Position numbers and translations under genes: made by a program. DNA of 64,000 bases, taken from Tubulanus polymorphus (taxonomy: Eukaryota > Animalia > Nemertea). Shown in pieces: positions 1-13,235 of the stretch. Where the stretch lies: NCBI RefSeq assembly GCF_964204645.1, contig NC_134030.1:6366778-6430777 (forward strand). Direction: 5' to 3'. The notes below the pieces were generated by a model. The model was not told the DNA's origin. It saw nothing but the letters and a program-made list of their open reading frames with translations, and did no database searches. Each line of letters opens with the position of its first letter. The stretch's first letter is position 1.

Positions 1-435
1 ATATACAGATTTCGATCGGGAAGAATGAAAAAAAAAACCATTGCTACGAATAAGAATGTGGCAGTTATCAGGGTTTCGAATCGCTTCACCTGGGGCGCAC
101 ACATAACTAATGAATAAAATTCTAAATCCTTCTCACGGTTTTATCATCAGTAGATTGCCTGCTACCTTTTTCGGATATCCGTGTTCTCAATGCGCCATCT
201 GGATAAACTTAATAATCAGTGCATCGCGTGATATTTCTGCGACTTCGTTGACATTTAGCAGGGTTTCTTTTTCGTGGGTGGCAGGTGCCATTAGGAGAGG
301 TAACGTGAACAATGTGTGCTATTGAGTCCTAACAGATTTGCTTTGTTCTAAAGAAAGACGTTGCTGTTTATTCAGAACGTATGTGAAAAGAATTCAGAGA
401 AATATGTATCGGCGATTCCATACTTCTTTATCCGT

Positions 436-602
436 ACGCACGTGACGCAGGGAAACATGGAAATAGGAGACAGGAAACATGTTTCAGAGCGGGTGCTGTG
501 TCGTATGCGTTTACGAGAAACACAGTTTCGGGAAACACTGTTTCCGAGATCAAACATGTTTCATTCCGTATATTTCTGTGTTTCCCGCGTCGACGTGTGC
601 GT
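436..602. mobile_element. Decayed palindromic foldback/MITE-like element
   Basis: The left arm ACGCACGTGACGCAGGGAAACATGGAAATA approximates the reverse complement of the right arm TATTTCTGTGTTTCCCGCGTCGACGTGTGCGT. Internal GAAACA...GTTTC palindromic units are nested between the arms. Confidence 0.6.
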
Positions 603-1993
603 TTGATTTTAAGCCCGCGTGCACGCAATAAACCAGCTATAAATCTCATACGATATAAATATCAGTGATTAACGGGTCATAATTGGGATCCAATTTACAA
701 GATGTGACATCAGTACGAACTTGTGAATCGCAGGGTCATCGACACACGTCGGCAAATCAAGCGCGATGGAATTCACTTGGCACCGAATGAATTATACGAG
801 ACTGTCGAAGTTGAAATCTATAGTAGCTAAAAGTCGTATTTGATTTGCGAGGTGTCTCGTTGTTAGTACGGTTTCGCGTTAATGAGAATATAGCATCGAG
901 TATCGACCTGACAACGATATCGTACAACGCAATTAGTACTATACTAGCCGGCTATATATTTCATTCATAGCCATGAATCGACTTATAGACATTTGCTGCG
1001 GATAATTTAAATGCATGCACGAGACCGTTTTATTATAGTCGCCGAGGGAAAATTCTTGATAAAAACCCCGCAAGAATCGATCGATATAGCCCTGTAAGAT
1101 GCTTTATCTTGGTTATTCATTTTTTCACGTATTTCAATGTTATTACGTGTACTTAGAAATAAGAAATGCCACATAGTTAACAGTCTCTATTCCATTTTTA
1201 TATTCTATTTTTCTTTGGAGGGAGGGATCAGGTAATACCGAAAAAGGCAGATCTATTGAATATAACAATGATATTTGTAAAAAGGGCGATTTTCCAAAAT
1301 TTTTGGGGACGATAACCCTCTTCTCCCCTTTAATTAGTTACGGCCATGCATAAGTTCTGTATATGGAGCGGGCAATAGCCTGGCTGCTTGCCTACTTCTT
1401 CGGAAAGCCGTTTTCTTTCTGGTGTTCTCGATTCTGCAGCGATCTATTTACCCAACTGATGAACGTTAGTGTGGTTTAAGTCACGCTCGTGCGACTCGCA
1501 ATGTTTATCGTCTTCACTTATTGGGTTTTTAACGCCTGTAAATGTCCGCCGTTAATGCAATTATCTGATAAATCCTTGATGTTTGTTTACTCGTACGTCA
1601 TGTCGGCGGCGTGCGTCACACTTAGAACGGCGCGAATTTATAAATTTTTCATCCTCGTCTACGAAGAGATATGTTCTTTGAAACCCGAAACCTTTCGGTC
1701 GATTTGCGCGCGGTAAGCCAAACGTCAATGACATATACATTTAGTCATTCGTATTTCGTATTAGTGGAAAATGTCAAACTCAGAAGGATCAACGGGCACA
1801 AATCAATACTAACAGTTTATGGGTTATATATATTTAAATTCATTTTCGCCTACCTAATAATCTTGGGTTCGTTTCTGTTGTTGACGGTTAGTAATTAATG
1901 AATAAACCCAATACATCTTTGTCGGTGTATTAACCGAAGAAATGCAACAATTAGAAGTAAAAAAATCTAAAGATATTTTCTGTGCATCAACCT

Positions 1994-2269
1994 CGGGGAC
2001 GGATCCGATGCTAATTTGGAAGGACTTTTCACATCCCACAAGGGCACTTTAATGCCCAAAATGGCAATATGTATTCTATCGAGGGGTATTGAGGGGCAGT
2101 TTTGAAGAACCTAACACATCCAATAAATGCACTTTGCTGTCCACAATGGCAATATTATAGGGTCAGTATCGCACAGAAATGCACCAATCATGTTTGTTGA
2201 CAAAGTAGAAAAGGGCACTCAAAAAAATTTGATGGACTTGTACAAGTCTCGTAAGTCCCCTAGATCCTG
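1994..2269. mobile_element. Decayed MITE with GGGGCGGATC...GATCC-type termini
   Basis: CGGGGACGGATCC lies on the left and CCCCTAGATCCTG on the right. Internal AGGGCA motifs resemble the element at 10774-11031. Confidence 0.3.
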
Positions 2270-4967
2270 AATTGTAATGGTGGGAATCAACGTTGACATG
2301 CTAACATGCTAATGTATGATATTCGTTCAATTTCCGGAACCGAGACGGCGCACGCGGGACGATACGAGCCGTCACGGGCATAAATCAATACCGCACGTGA
2401 ATCACGTCCGGGGCTAATTTTGCGCATGACAGACACCAGGTGGAATCGTGATCGGAAAAAATAAACCTATACCGTATAATCCCGCGAGAAAATTCGAGAT
2501 TGTCGTTCCATCTTCGACGAGGATGGAAAAGATTAACAGCTTGCGCGCTATCGTTGTTCGCTTCGGTTCGCGTTGGCATGTCATCGACACGGGAAAATAA
2601 ATCCTCGACGGAGAGCTCATTTCCGCATGGAATGAGCTTCTAATGGTGACTTTCTCAGCGGATGGTTTCAAGAAACAACTGCCGATAAACTAGATGTTGT
2701 CCACTGAGCCGAACAGGAAATAGATTTTCAATGGTGCTCGGATTTGATTGTGCACACTGTGGTGATGTATATTCAACACCGGGTAATTACAACACGTTTT
2801 TCTTGTCGCGGAGGATCATCAACATTACCATAGAAAATCTATTCCTTTAAAAGCTATCCATTTGTTGCATGTTGATTTGTTTGGTATGACAATGTCACGC
2901 GGTGTTCTAAGTGATTTTTAGATTATTTATTGAAGCAGTTTAGCAACCGTATTCGATGATGTTGGGCCCGGAACGAGTTACGAATGATTTGTAATTGTCA
3001 CAAATAATTCATTCACAAATTGAACAAATGAGTTTTTGTTATTTCAAACCCATTCTGGATTAACGTCTGACGTTTTTTCAAATATATTTCTCTAGTGGAA
3101 AATTTGTTATTCAATTTCTAATTTTGACGCCGAAAAAACCGAATAATGTTTTATTTACATTGACTGCTAGTATGCGTTATTTAAGGGGTTCTATGCGAGT
3201 CGATGTGCATTACGTCATCAGCATTGACGTTCCAAAACAAGAATTACAATTGTAAATTTTGGCGTACATTTCATAACTCATTATTACTTTGATAATTAGG
3301 TGTGTACTACGTCATCAATATATCGGGACTGGTTGTCGGACAATTCAATTCAAATATCTTTACATCCAAAGCCAAAATAACTTTATTGATCCTTAATTCA
3401 TTATATTATTCATTGTCGACTATATTAAGCAATGTGTAATTTTCAAGGCGTCAATAAACTTTCAGTTAGTTTTCTTGTTCCGCTTGCTTTTGTCACACAA
3501 TATATAATATGGAGCCCGAGTCTGAGCACTCCCGTGTTTGTGGCGATGTAATTGTACAACAAGCGACTTGCGATACTAAATCTTACCACAATTGCAGCGC
3601 ATAATGACTGATTATGCAAGGCTTCGTGGACTAATTGCCTCAATATATGATATCTCTAAAGTGACCTCCTTGAAGCAAGGACGAATGAACGAGATACTCT
3701 ACCATTTCACCTTCTGGTGATCTAATGGATTATTTGTCGTTGGGCTTCCCACAACACCCACGATGAGCATATAGAAACCTTATTACTTTTCTCGTTGATG
3801 TGTACGCCAACCGGTATAATTAGAGAACGCGTTTAACAATTAATTACAGCTCATTAGATTGTCATTAGTCAAGGTCAAGGGGTGATCAAGCACGATATTG
3901 GAGTCAACATTTAAGGCAATCACGACCGACATTTCGTTCTAATCGTCAAAGGTCGAGTTTTCAAATTGCAAATTGCTCGAATTCGATAAGATTCGTTATT
4001 GAGGACGAGATCTTGTTGATCTTGTTATATTTTTGTCTCTTTTGTATTTCATTATTTATCGTTCTATCCCAATAATGTAAAAAAAAGTCATTACGGAGCA
4101 ATAACGATATTTTTGAATCGAATCGTGTTATTCATTCAGTGTTTTTCTAACAAACCCACCACATCTGTTGTGAGCAAAACATGGGGCTAAGATCGCTTTA
4201 AATCGAAGTTCATTATTGGAAATTTTTGTCCCGGTTTGAGCAGAACATTATATTCCATCCAGCCTGAATCGGCAAGTGAATGACGGAGTTTGTTTTGTGG
4301 TTTTACGGAATATTGATGCCGCATAGATCTGCATGAATAAACTTTTGTAGCAATAAAACATATTTTTCACATTAATTGATGTTTAAAGAATTGAATTGAA
4401 TAACAATCGAAATCACAATCAAATCTTTCATATTGCTTATGGGAGAGATTCACAGTCATCAGTCGATCCCGCTAGGCATGCGATTGTATTGATGTTTGTA
4501 CTTTCTGCAAAACGCCGTCATAATCGCTTACTAATTCACATAAAGAAACATTTATCGTGATGCCTCTGGGTTGTTGAGTGTTGATACGGTATTTATAGGC
4601 GGATTTCAATAGATTCTTCGGGCCGTTCAAGCCGAGCTCAAACCATCTTAGACTAAGAGATTCAATCAGCCGCACCTGACATTGTTCATGAATAGAAAAA
4701 AACCGAATCAGCTTAATGAATAAATAGGGCCGGCTGCGCGACAAGAAGATGTCCTTAAGACCATCTTTTCGCTAATTACTGGTCTTTCATCTTGTCTTAA
4801 GAATCATGGGGGAGACGCCGTTGCTATGGTGATGATGAAACGGAGGAAGAATGTCGTCGATATTGGTCAATGGCGGCGGCACCTAACGACATCAACGTGA
4901 CTTCGTTTAAAACCAATATATAGATCAATTAAACATATTTCGTGAATTTGAAACTTCAATTTCAACC

Positions 4968-5073
4968 CAGTTCCGCAGCTTCGAGTTAAAATTTGACTCA
5001 TATGATTCAACACAAACTCTTCTCATTTAATTTTAATTCAAAGTTAACTCAAACTCACGCTTCTTCGGAACTG
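4968..5073. mobile_element. Short foldback MITE-like repeat
   Basis: CAGTTCCG/CGGAACTG form terminal inverted repeats. GAGTTAAAATTTGA pairs with TCAAAGTTAACTC as an inner inverted repeat. Similar fragments occur near 41.9, 42.4 and 51.6-51.7 kb. Confidence 0.5.
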
Positions 5074-6507
5074 AACCCTCGACACATATATGGTCCCACG
5101 AATTTCGTCCCACCTGGAGAGAAACTAATACTTGCAGAATCACCGATGTACTTTAAATTCGCCTGCAGGTAACGCGCCAATACGTCTTAATAAAACGAGC
5201 TGTCTGAATGCAGTAATTCTCTGATAAAAAAAAGATAAAAAGTAGCGGTTTGATCTGGTTTAAACACTTCACGCAATGAAGGGTAATTTACGTATTCAAA
5301 GTCTCTATAACTATCGAACACTCATATTGCTCCAGTACGGCTGACTCCCGGTGGTTTTTGTTGCATAAGGCTGGAAATGGTTTTGATGTCAACACAATAA
5401 CAATCACACGTCGTTAATCAGACGTTTATTCATTGCATGACATCGCAAGAAATGTCTAGCTCTATACGCTAGGTTTTCATTTCCCAGCCGTCGGTAATTT
5501 CATTACGAAATAGAAAAAAAAATAGGCAGAATGGGCCGACGCATTCTGCGCGCGCGTTGCGTCACGTCATCAGACGCCCATGAAGTCGGTCGTTGGTTCA
5601 TTATCACGTGGAGTCGTTTCGGTAACGTGACTTTTAATGCGTGATTTGAAACTCTGATGCTGTCTCTGCGCGAATCAAGGAAGCAATACGTTGCCGTTGT
5701 AGTAAAATGGCCAATGTTTAACTTGGGAGTAAGAAATTCGTCCGTTGTAGGATGCAAAAAATTGACTTTATTCGTATATACTGTAAATTACGTACCGGTA
5801 ACTGGTTTTCTCTTCATCAAAATCAAACTGCTTGTTAACTTTAATCGTAGGAAATGGATAATGTAACACATGAATACCAATTTCCCGCGTACGCAAAACG
5901 TGTTATACTGTAATTCTATATACCAAACACCATGGTCTTATAAAATGCCTTACCTAAAGCATGTCATCCCAGAACATAACACGGAAGCTTCACCGGTCTG
6001 TTATGTAGATTGAAAAAGTCCCTAATATTTCGAGCGAAACAGAAACCGTTCTCAGCGTAAGTGTGATTTCTATCTATTTCTAGAAATACGGCACCGGATT
6101 CGTCATTACCGTTGTCTTAAAAGCCTCGAGTCTGAACACCAGTCGCTCCCGCGAGACTTTCTAATTTTTCGCTATTAGCTCCAATATCCGGTGACGAACA
6201 TTACCGATTACACGAGGTATCAACGTTTCGGAAACATCTTCTTCAATCTATTTGTCGCGCATGACGACGTTGTCTAATACTCTTGTGAGTTGCACCCGAT
6301 GTTATCGTACCTGAAGGTGCAGACGATAACGCCGCCTTCAGAAGAGGGAATTTCTATGGATTTCTTTTTTTGTTTTTCATTAGCCGGATAAGAACGAAGC
6401 CCGCATTTGAATCTATACGTGCACCGATTAACGTCACCGAGAAAAAACTGAAAATAGCGCGATGACGTCTTTCAACTTCCGGCTGGACAGGTCGCCGTTA
6501 TACTCAC

Positions 6508-6577
6508 GCGCACTATATACTATAACTACATCGCGAATCGCTGCATTACTTCATCATATTGCGTTATCAACACGTTT
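6508..6577 (-). other. Candidate non-coding (5'UTR or lncRNA) exon
   Basis: The minus-strand acceptor is TTCAGATTTCAG| and the donor is GC|GTGAGT. All three frames contain stops. Confidence 0.25.
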
Positions 6578-9245
6578 CTGAAATCTGAACTATCAAACTA
6601 ACACACGCCCAATGCCATTGGTGCAATCTACTATTGCAAGTAGAAAACTGAATATCATCCGAAATTGAATTCATGCGTTCAATAACTTGGTCGAGTAATG
6701 TCTGAATATCGGCGTGTGTAGAGATACACTGTGTTCTTCGTTCAGCAAATGACCGTTGACAGTCGACAGCTGGAGTAAACGATGAGCGGAGGTGTCAACC
6801 TGTCAACCAATTATTTCATATGCATTTTACAGCAGTTTTTATTCATAATTTTCATTGTTTCTCATAAATCCAGTGCTTGGATAATCAAAAGGTTGCGTCT
6901 GATTTGGATGATATTCATAACGTTTTCTAGATATCAAAACAATGTATATTATTTATTCACCGGATAATTCTTCATCCGTGTGATGATTTTACTGTTTTCA
7001 ATGCCAGGCAAATTCATGCTTGAATAAGCGTCTTTATATATTTACTAATATTATTTCTCGTCCGTCGCGAACAGACGGGTTAGGCATCCGTAGGGTGTCT
7101 ACTGTCAACTGTCCAGTTAAGTCATCACCAAACTGCTGTGTGAGGTGTATTCTGTCAACCGCCATGTCATGTCATCACCCCAGTTTGTAAGGTGTCGCTT
7201 GTCATCAGCTGTAGAGCACGCTCTTTCTATTTTCATGGAACTTCTTTGTTCATATTACCACATATTTCAGCTTGCGCGTTAATACATTTCTAAACTCCCA
7301 GATTTACTCAGAAAGTAACTCTACACATTGCACTATAATGCTGTATATCGGACTTAGGCCAAATTATCTAAATCGTTGATTTGGCGTGTTTGGAGCAAAT
7401 GATGCAACCAAAAACTAGAATGATATACTTTTTGAAAAGCTAACCCTCCTACACATGCACTTCACGAGAAAGGGCACTCTTTAAGGCACTAGGTCTAATC
7501 GTGATCCGAGCGCAATAATGAGAATAATCGGAAGTAGATAATTAAACTAGAAACGCAATCGACGCACGTAATTGGCCATCACCGCTACCGCGCACCTGCT
7601 CCGCTACTGGAAAAATGACAGTTAGATAAACCTTACATACGAATTCGAACATAAATAAAGCGCACACTATTCCTACATACCTATACCGGACGGACATTGA
7701 AAAGACAAATCGACCCGATCCTTACTTAGAGCGTACACAAATAACACAAATTGTTCAAGTATGTGAGCTTGGAAAATCACGATGTTCAACCAATACACAT
7801 ACACTTAGTAAAATATGATCCGTGTTTTTTTTTAGAAAAGACCGACAACAAGACTTAGAAAAGACTTCTAGAAAAATGTCTGTTTCTCTTTATCTGGACT
7901 TAACTGAACCAACCCAATATATAATCGATAACTGTCATAAATTGCAAAGTCTAGTGGGATCAGTGCGAAAGGTATATCTATACTGTATAAATCCTTTTAA
8001 AGTCTCCTCATTCAACGGTTATCTGATCATAGTGCTTTTGTGTATGGATAGGAGAAGCGTAAAAACGTGACGTTTTCCTTGTGGACTATAAAGATTATTT
8101 TCGATAATGTGACTGATATTCATAGTAACTCGGTATGCGGACGTGTCAGGCGATATTACCAAATCGATGGAGCAACTCGAAAAACGAATAACGGAGTTTA
8201 AAAAGTGACTTGACGCATTCAAACATTCCTTTAACCTTAATGACCTGATGGCTTATTCGAATGCACCACAATATCTAGACAGGTTGATGGAAATAGCTGT
8301 ATATGCAATGGATGATAATTGCGCTCAATAATCAGTTGTAAATGATATAACGACCAACGACAACCGTATTTCTGCATCGTTCGTGACACAGGCTTTCACT
8401 GAACCGGATACACACTCGTTGAGCTGAATTTATTATAGATCTCAGTCAGATTATATCATTCCAAGAATTTTTTAAAACGATAGATGATATATTACTAATA
8501 CATACTTGGTCTGTGTAATTGAGGTTTTTCGAACGGGCTTTCATTTCGATTCTTTCTTTATCAATATTACGAATGAAATAATCACTATCTGCAGCAGAAC
8601 ATCACCGAATTTTTACCTCACATTGAATGCTGCTGTCGATGATGGTTGAGAATGTCTTCCTGAGTACATCCTGTGATCATATCACTGAGTTAACGAATCA
8701 AAAAGTGTTCGCGATCTTGATTTGCGGTATACTAACCACCACGATCGGTCGTCATTTCAGCGCCTTTCTAGCGCTTGTTGACAAACGCGACGTCGTCTCT
8801 CGAGCCTCACGTCAGATCGGAATTTAATGCGGAAACACTACTTCACGAAAAATCTGCTTCGACGAAAGTTTACGATATCAGATATTGACATGAGCAATAT
8901 ACAACACGGGACAGTTTCTGTTGCGTTGCTGACGTCGTGGCTTGTCAAATTCTTTCATCGACGCATCTAAACTAATTCAACCATAACCCAATCATTCCCG
9001 AGGTACAAGAAAGTGCGTTATGTATGAAGAATTCCCTGATCAGCCAATATGCTGTCGCAGTTAGCTCGGTATTTGAAGAAACCCCACTTCTGTCATACAG
9101 CAATGCATGTATAACTAACTAGGCAGGTTTTTATGAAAATTTTGAAGTTTGTTCGAATAAATCCTTTTGAAAATTGAAACTGAATGATCGGTGGAAAACG
9201 ATAAAAAAGCAAACATCGGATACGTGTAGCTTACATATTATTCAT

Positions 9246-9280
9246 TATGTATGTATATATGTATGTATGTATATGTATAT
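9246..9280. repeat. (TATG)n/(TA)n microsatellite
   Basis: TATGTATGTATATATGTATGTATGTATATGTATAT is seen directly. Confidence 0.8.
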
Positions 9281-10773
9281 CAGGGACTCTTTAGACTATA
9301 CTTGAGAGAAACCGAACTCTTCAAAGAAGTGCTTTGCTTCTAGCTAAGCCGATATTCTTGTGAAGGGGATTAAAGAGATGGTGTCAGTCATCTGCCAAAA
9401 AACACATCAATCAAGAAGTTCGGCTCCAGACAAGCGGCGTCTAATGTTACTTTTGAAATAGATAACTATCAGACTTCTGGCATAACTTTCTGGAAAACGT
9501 CTTGTACATTGTTCATGCGAAATATATTTAATCAAAATCTGAAATTTGAAAATGAAATGTCATTTCTGGTTTGAAAATTAACACATTAAAGCGTAATTCA
9601 ATCCGGGTCTATTATGTTCGCCTGATTTCACGCTCTACTGTCATATGCTAAATCTACAGCATCCCGAAAAATAATCTCGCTGAAAATTTACGCGATTTAA
9701 ATCCGTTGACGGCGAAACGAATACTACAAGCTGACACAGACACACACACACACTGCACGCCGTGCTGCAGGCGTGAAGCTCATTTTAAAGTAAAATTCAA
9801 TCTGAATTCATAATGACAAACGAAGGAAATTAATTGAACATTTCCGAGGTTTCTCTGTTGACATTAAAAGGGTTGATCACGTCGTAAAGCTCAATTCATC
9901 ATATGCCACGGGAAGAATCGACTACCAACCTGATACGCAACCTGATACGCAATCTAAGAAAATAGGGACACGTTCTGTACAGTGGCCTGGTTTTCTTAAA
10001 AGATCGCAGCAATTTTGCCTATATTTTTGGGTTGATATTGGTAGCCTCTTGGGTAGCTCCTGAAGATACTTACTCAGCTACCCAAGCCATGAAGTTTGTT
10101 CTTCGGCAACCAACAAGATCTTGAGCAGACAGAATCCGACGGGTAGAAAGCCCTGCATGGGTTATCGACCCAGGTGATTGATGTACGTACCATTATACTT
10201 AGCCTTGACAAAAGGGAGTTGATCCCACCTGTATTAAAAAGTGGCATTACGCAGCAATCCAATAATGAGACTACGAAACACAAGAGCCAATCGCATTATA
10301 TGAGATTCCGTAAGACATTTGATAAATCGTAATTCATATCGTATACCACACAGACAAGTATCTCTTCAAATTGAACAATTCGTCAAACAATAATTCCTCG
10401 ATAAAATCAATCGACCTGTACCCCTAACCGATAAAACTGGCACTTATTATTGAATGCAGAGAATGTGTTACTGCCAACAGCAAGACAAGCTCACTAACAA
10501 AATTGATTGATAGCCGAATCAATTGAACTCCATATTCGATAATGATAGCCTGCACTTGACCAGTGACCCTATTGATCATAACCACCGGCAAGTAAAGAGA
10601 AATACCCAACATACCAGTACATACAACATCAATTCACTACAAACAGATATCTCGGAGTCCACAGGACATTCTCGGCCCTCTCATTCGAACCTGATGGCAT
10701 CGCTGGACTCATCCTTTCGTGCCGTGGCTGAGTCTAGCGATGTCAGGTTCAATTTCTGACCGAGGGAGGATGT

Positions 10774-11031
10774 CAGAGGGGTTGATTTAGGGGGTGGTCG
10801 CGGGGTCCGGGCCCCTGGCTTCCCAGTGAGGTGGCCCTTTTCGTCAAGATTAAGACATATTGTTGAAATCTGTTAATTTGACACTCACCCTCTTGGAAAT
10901 TGCAACCTTTCAGATGTATTTCTTAAAAAATATCTAGAACTGAGGGCGGAACCACGATAGAACCTTTGACTTGGTTGCTATATCCGAGAAATGCCCTTTC
11001 TTTTCTTCCAATATTCCTAGATCCACACCTG
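10774..11031. mobile_element. Decayed MITE (CAGGGGCGGATCTAGG-like TIRs)
   Basis: Left end CAGAGGGGTTGATTTAGG approximates the reverse complement of the right end CCTAGATCCACACCTG. A G-rich subterminal block lies on the left. Confidence 0.5.
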
Positions 11032-11538
11032 CTTCATCCCTTTGCTTATGGACAATTATCAAACGATTTCATTCAATATTTTGAATGTAAGTTGAAAATA
11101 CTTCAAAAAGCACCACCATACGGAAATATCTTTCAAATCAAACATAGGGCTGTAGAACACGCTAACAGGAGTGGGAAAGTTCCATAAACACCGAAAGTAA
11201 CTTTATGAAAATGTACGCAAATATTTGGTATTTGATATAAGCCTGTCGGACGCGTTCTTTGATGGTTGTCATTTATCTGATCCGCTAGAAAACGCGGGCA
11301 GCAGTGAAAATTAGCTGTTTATGCGATTATCGTGGTTTTTTTCATCGAACGTTTCTGCCATATATGTGTCGTCGTCGCGTATAAACCAGAACTATCTGAT
11401 TTAATATCGTCGCGGCCGAGTTAGCGTATTTAGTATCTCATTTCGGCTGATTACGTCTCCGCGATATGAATAATTGAAAAAACATAAAGGTATTCACTTT
11501 TCATTATGAATGCAATTAAGAGCGCTGATACGTGAAAT

Positions 11539-11573
11539 CATGGACGTATAAACTTCGAGTTTATACGACCACG
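11539..11573. mobile_element. 35-bp hairpin mini-transposon with 7-bp TSD (possibly P-element superfamily derivative)
   Basis: CATGGACGTATAAACT-TCG-AGTTTATACGACCACG is a 14/16 inverted repeat. It is flanked exactly by GTGAAAT at 11532-11538 and 11574-11580. Confidence 0.6.
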
Positions 11574-12700
11574 GTGAAATGCGCAGAGGACGTGAAATGA
11601 ATATACTTCAAAAGAGTGCGAATTTACCGACACTCTAATCCACGAATAAGATAGTAGAGGCGAAATCCACAAATTAAAGTTATAGTCGGATGAAGTTTCA
11701 GACACGACGACGTCGCTGTTCTTTCGAGGCAGCCATTGTTCGACAGTGAATCTTTTGATTTATTTCAATCATTTGCCGTTATTTTCTTGTCGTGCAATTT
11801 ACGTCCCTTCCCGGACGATCAGGTTCCAGACGTCTACCGACCTTGCCCTTATATCAGACTATATATCAGACCTATGATATAACGAAGTGGTAGATTCTGT
11901 CAGCGCGTAATTTCATTAGCTAAACCATCGCTAAACCTTCCAGGCGAATCTTTGTTAATTGAATTGATAATTAATACTCGACGGTTCCAACTATAAACCA
12001 CCGAGCAGAATGAATCCGAAGCGGTTCAGTAATCTTGTTTGATGCAGTCATAGCCCAGTTATCACGCTTGTTCCCGTAGTTTGATGCCAGGACAGCACAG
12101 ACAGAGGTTGTTAGGGTTTTGAAAGAACTAGCTGATCGAAAGTTTGTGATCAAAGGTACGTAGATATCAATATTTCTTTGTATGTAGCAGTACTAGGTGC
12201 TGACTCTGGATGAGAGAGTTACCGCGGTCAGGAAAATCAATGCCCATCTTAGCAATACCGCATGTTGAAGCCAATTGAATCCGAAGATTCGCCGGTGATA
12301 ATAATCAACTGGACAGGATATAACATATTGATATCTCTGGTGAAGATGATACTTCTCGATGATAGGTTTGATTATCATGATTGGATGCTTGTATTACATC
12401 TGCTAATAGATGTAAACATAATATTACCATTGTACGTGTATATCACTATAATCTACCATCAATATATCATGATACATACCTAAATGAAGTTTCATCAGCA
12501 ATAGGGAAATATGAAAAAAGCTCGAGTTCATGGCCGTGGTTGGTGTCGGGCTACCCACGTGGATGCTGCGTAACACATAATTTAAGACTGAAGTTTAGCC
12601 AACAAAGTGGTCGCATTGGGATGTACCTATGTACATATGGAGACCTCAATGCGGCGCGGCCTTCAGCTTTGATTGGTGCAAAACTTACATTTAGATAAAT

Positions 12701-12815
12701 GTGATATATGTAGGCCCGTAAGCGCTCCATACATGGGTCGGTGGAATGTTGTGACGTAAAACGTCACAATATGTGAACGCCGGGCCATGTGGAGTGCAGG
12801 ACCTGCATGCGTCAC
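12701..12815 (+). other. 115-nt imperfect hairpin (foldback element or structured RNA)
   Basis: The core TTGTGACGT-AAA-ACGTCACAA is extended by CATGG/CCATG, GCGCTCCA/TGGAGTGC and GTGATATATGTAGGCCC/GGACCTGCATGCGTCAC. Confidence 0.6.
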
Positions 12816-13065
12816 TTGAAAGGCAAAAACAAATAAATCAAGGGAGGGTTTAGCTTTGGAAAGAGTAGTGGTGAAAGGGAGGGATTGTAGTCAGAAGTAG
12901 GGGAATAAAGGCAAGAAGGAAGGGCTTAATATGTAATTAAATTATCATGGCTTGAAATAGGCCATCAGTCTCAGAGGTGGCTCCACATGTCAAGATTCAA
13001 TCATTGAACATCTTGGATGATCGTCATACCCATTCAACCACAGCGATCAGGGTTATCAACAGAAA

Positions 13066-13235
13066 TGCATTGATCGCACGCGTCTTTGATCCAGGTAATT
13101 TGACCCGTGCCAGGTCCTGGCGAATCGTTCACGCTGGTGCCAAATTGGTCCGTGGCTGGTTGACACGTGCCGACAAAATTTTAGACTAAGCCCGTCCCAA
13201 ATTCCGGCACGGGTCAAATCATTCCGTGTGAATGC
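13066..13235. mobile_element. Decayed MITE-like foldback element
   Basis: A perfect 14-bp inverted repeat, ATTTGACCCGTGCC (13098-13111) / GGCACGGGTCAAAT (13206-13219). The outer ends GCATTGATCGCACG / CGTGTGAATGC are weakly inverted. Confidence 0.55.

Noticed and set aside
10074-10155. ILSAQDLVGC resemblance to papain-family LSEQxLVDC
   Set aside because: There is no following GCxGG and no upstream QxxCGSCW exon.
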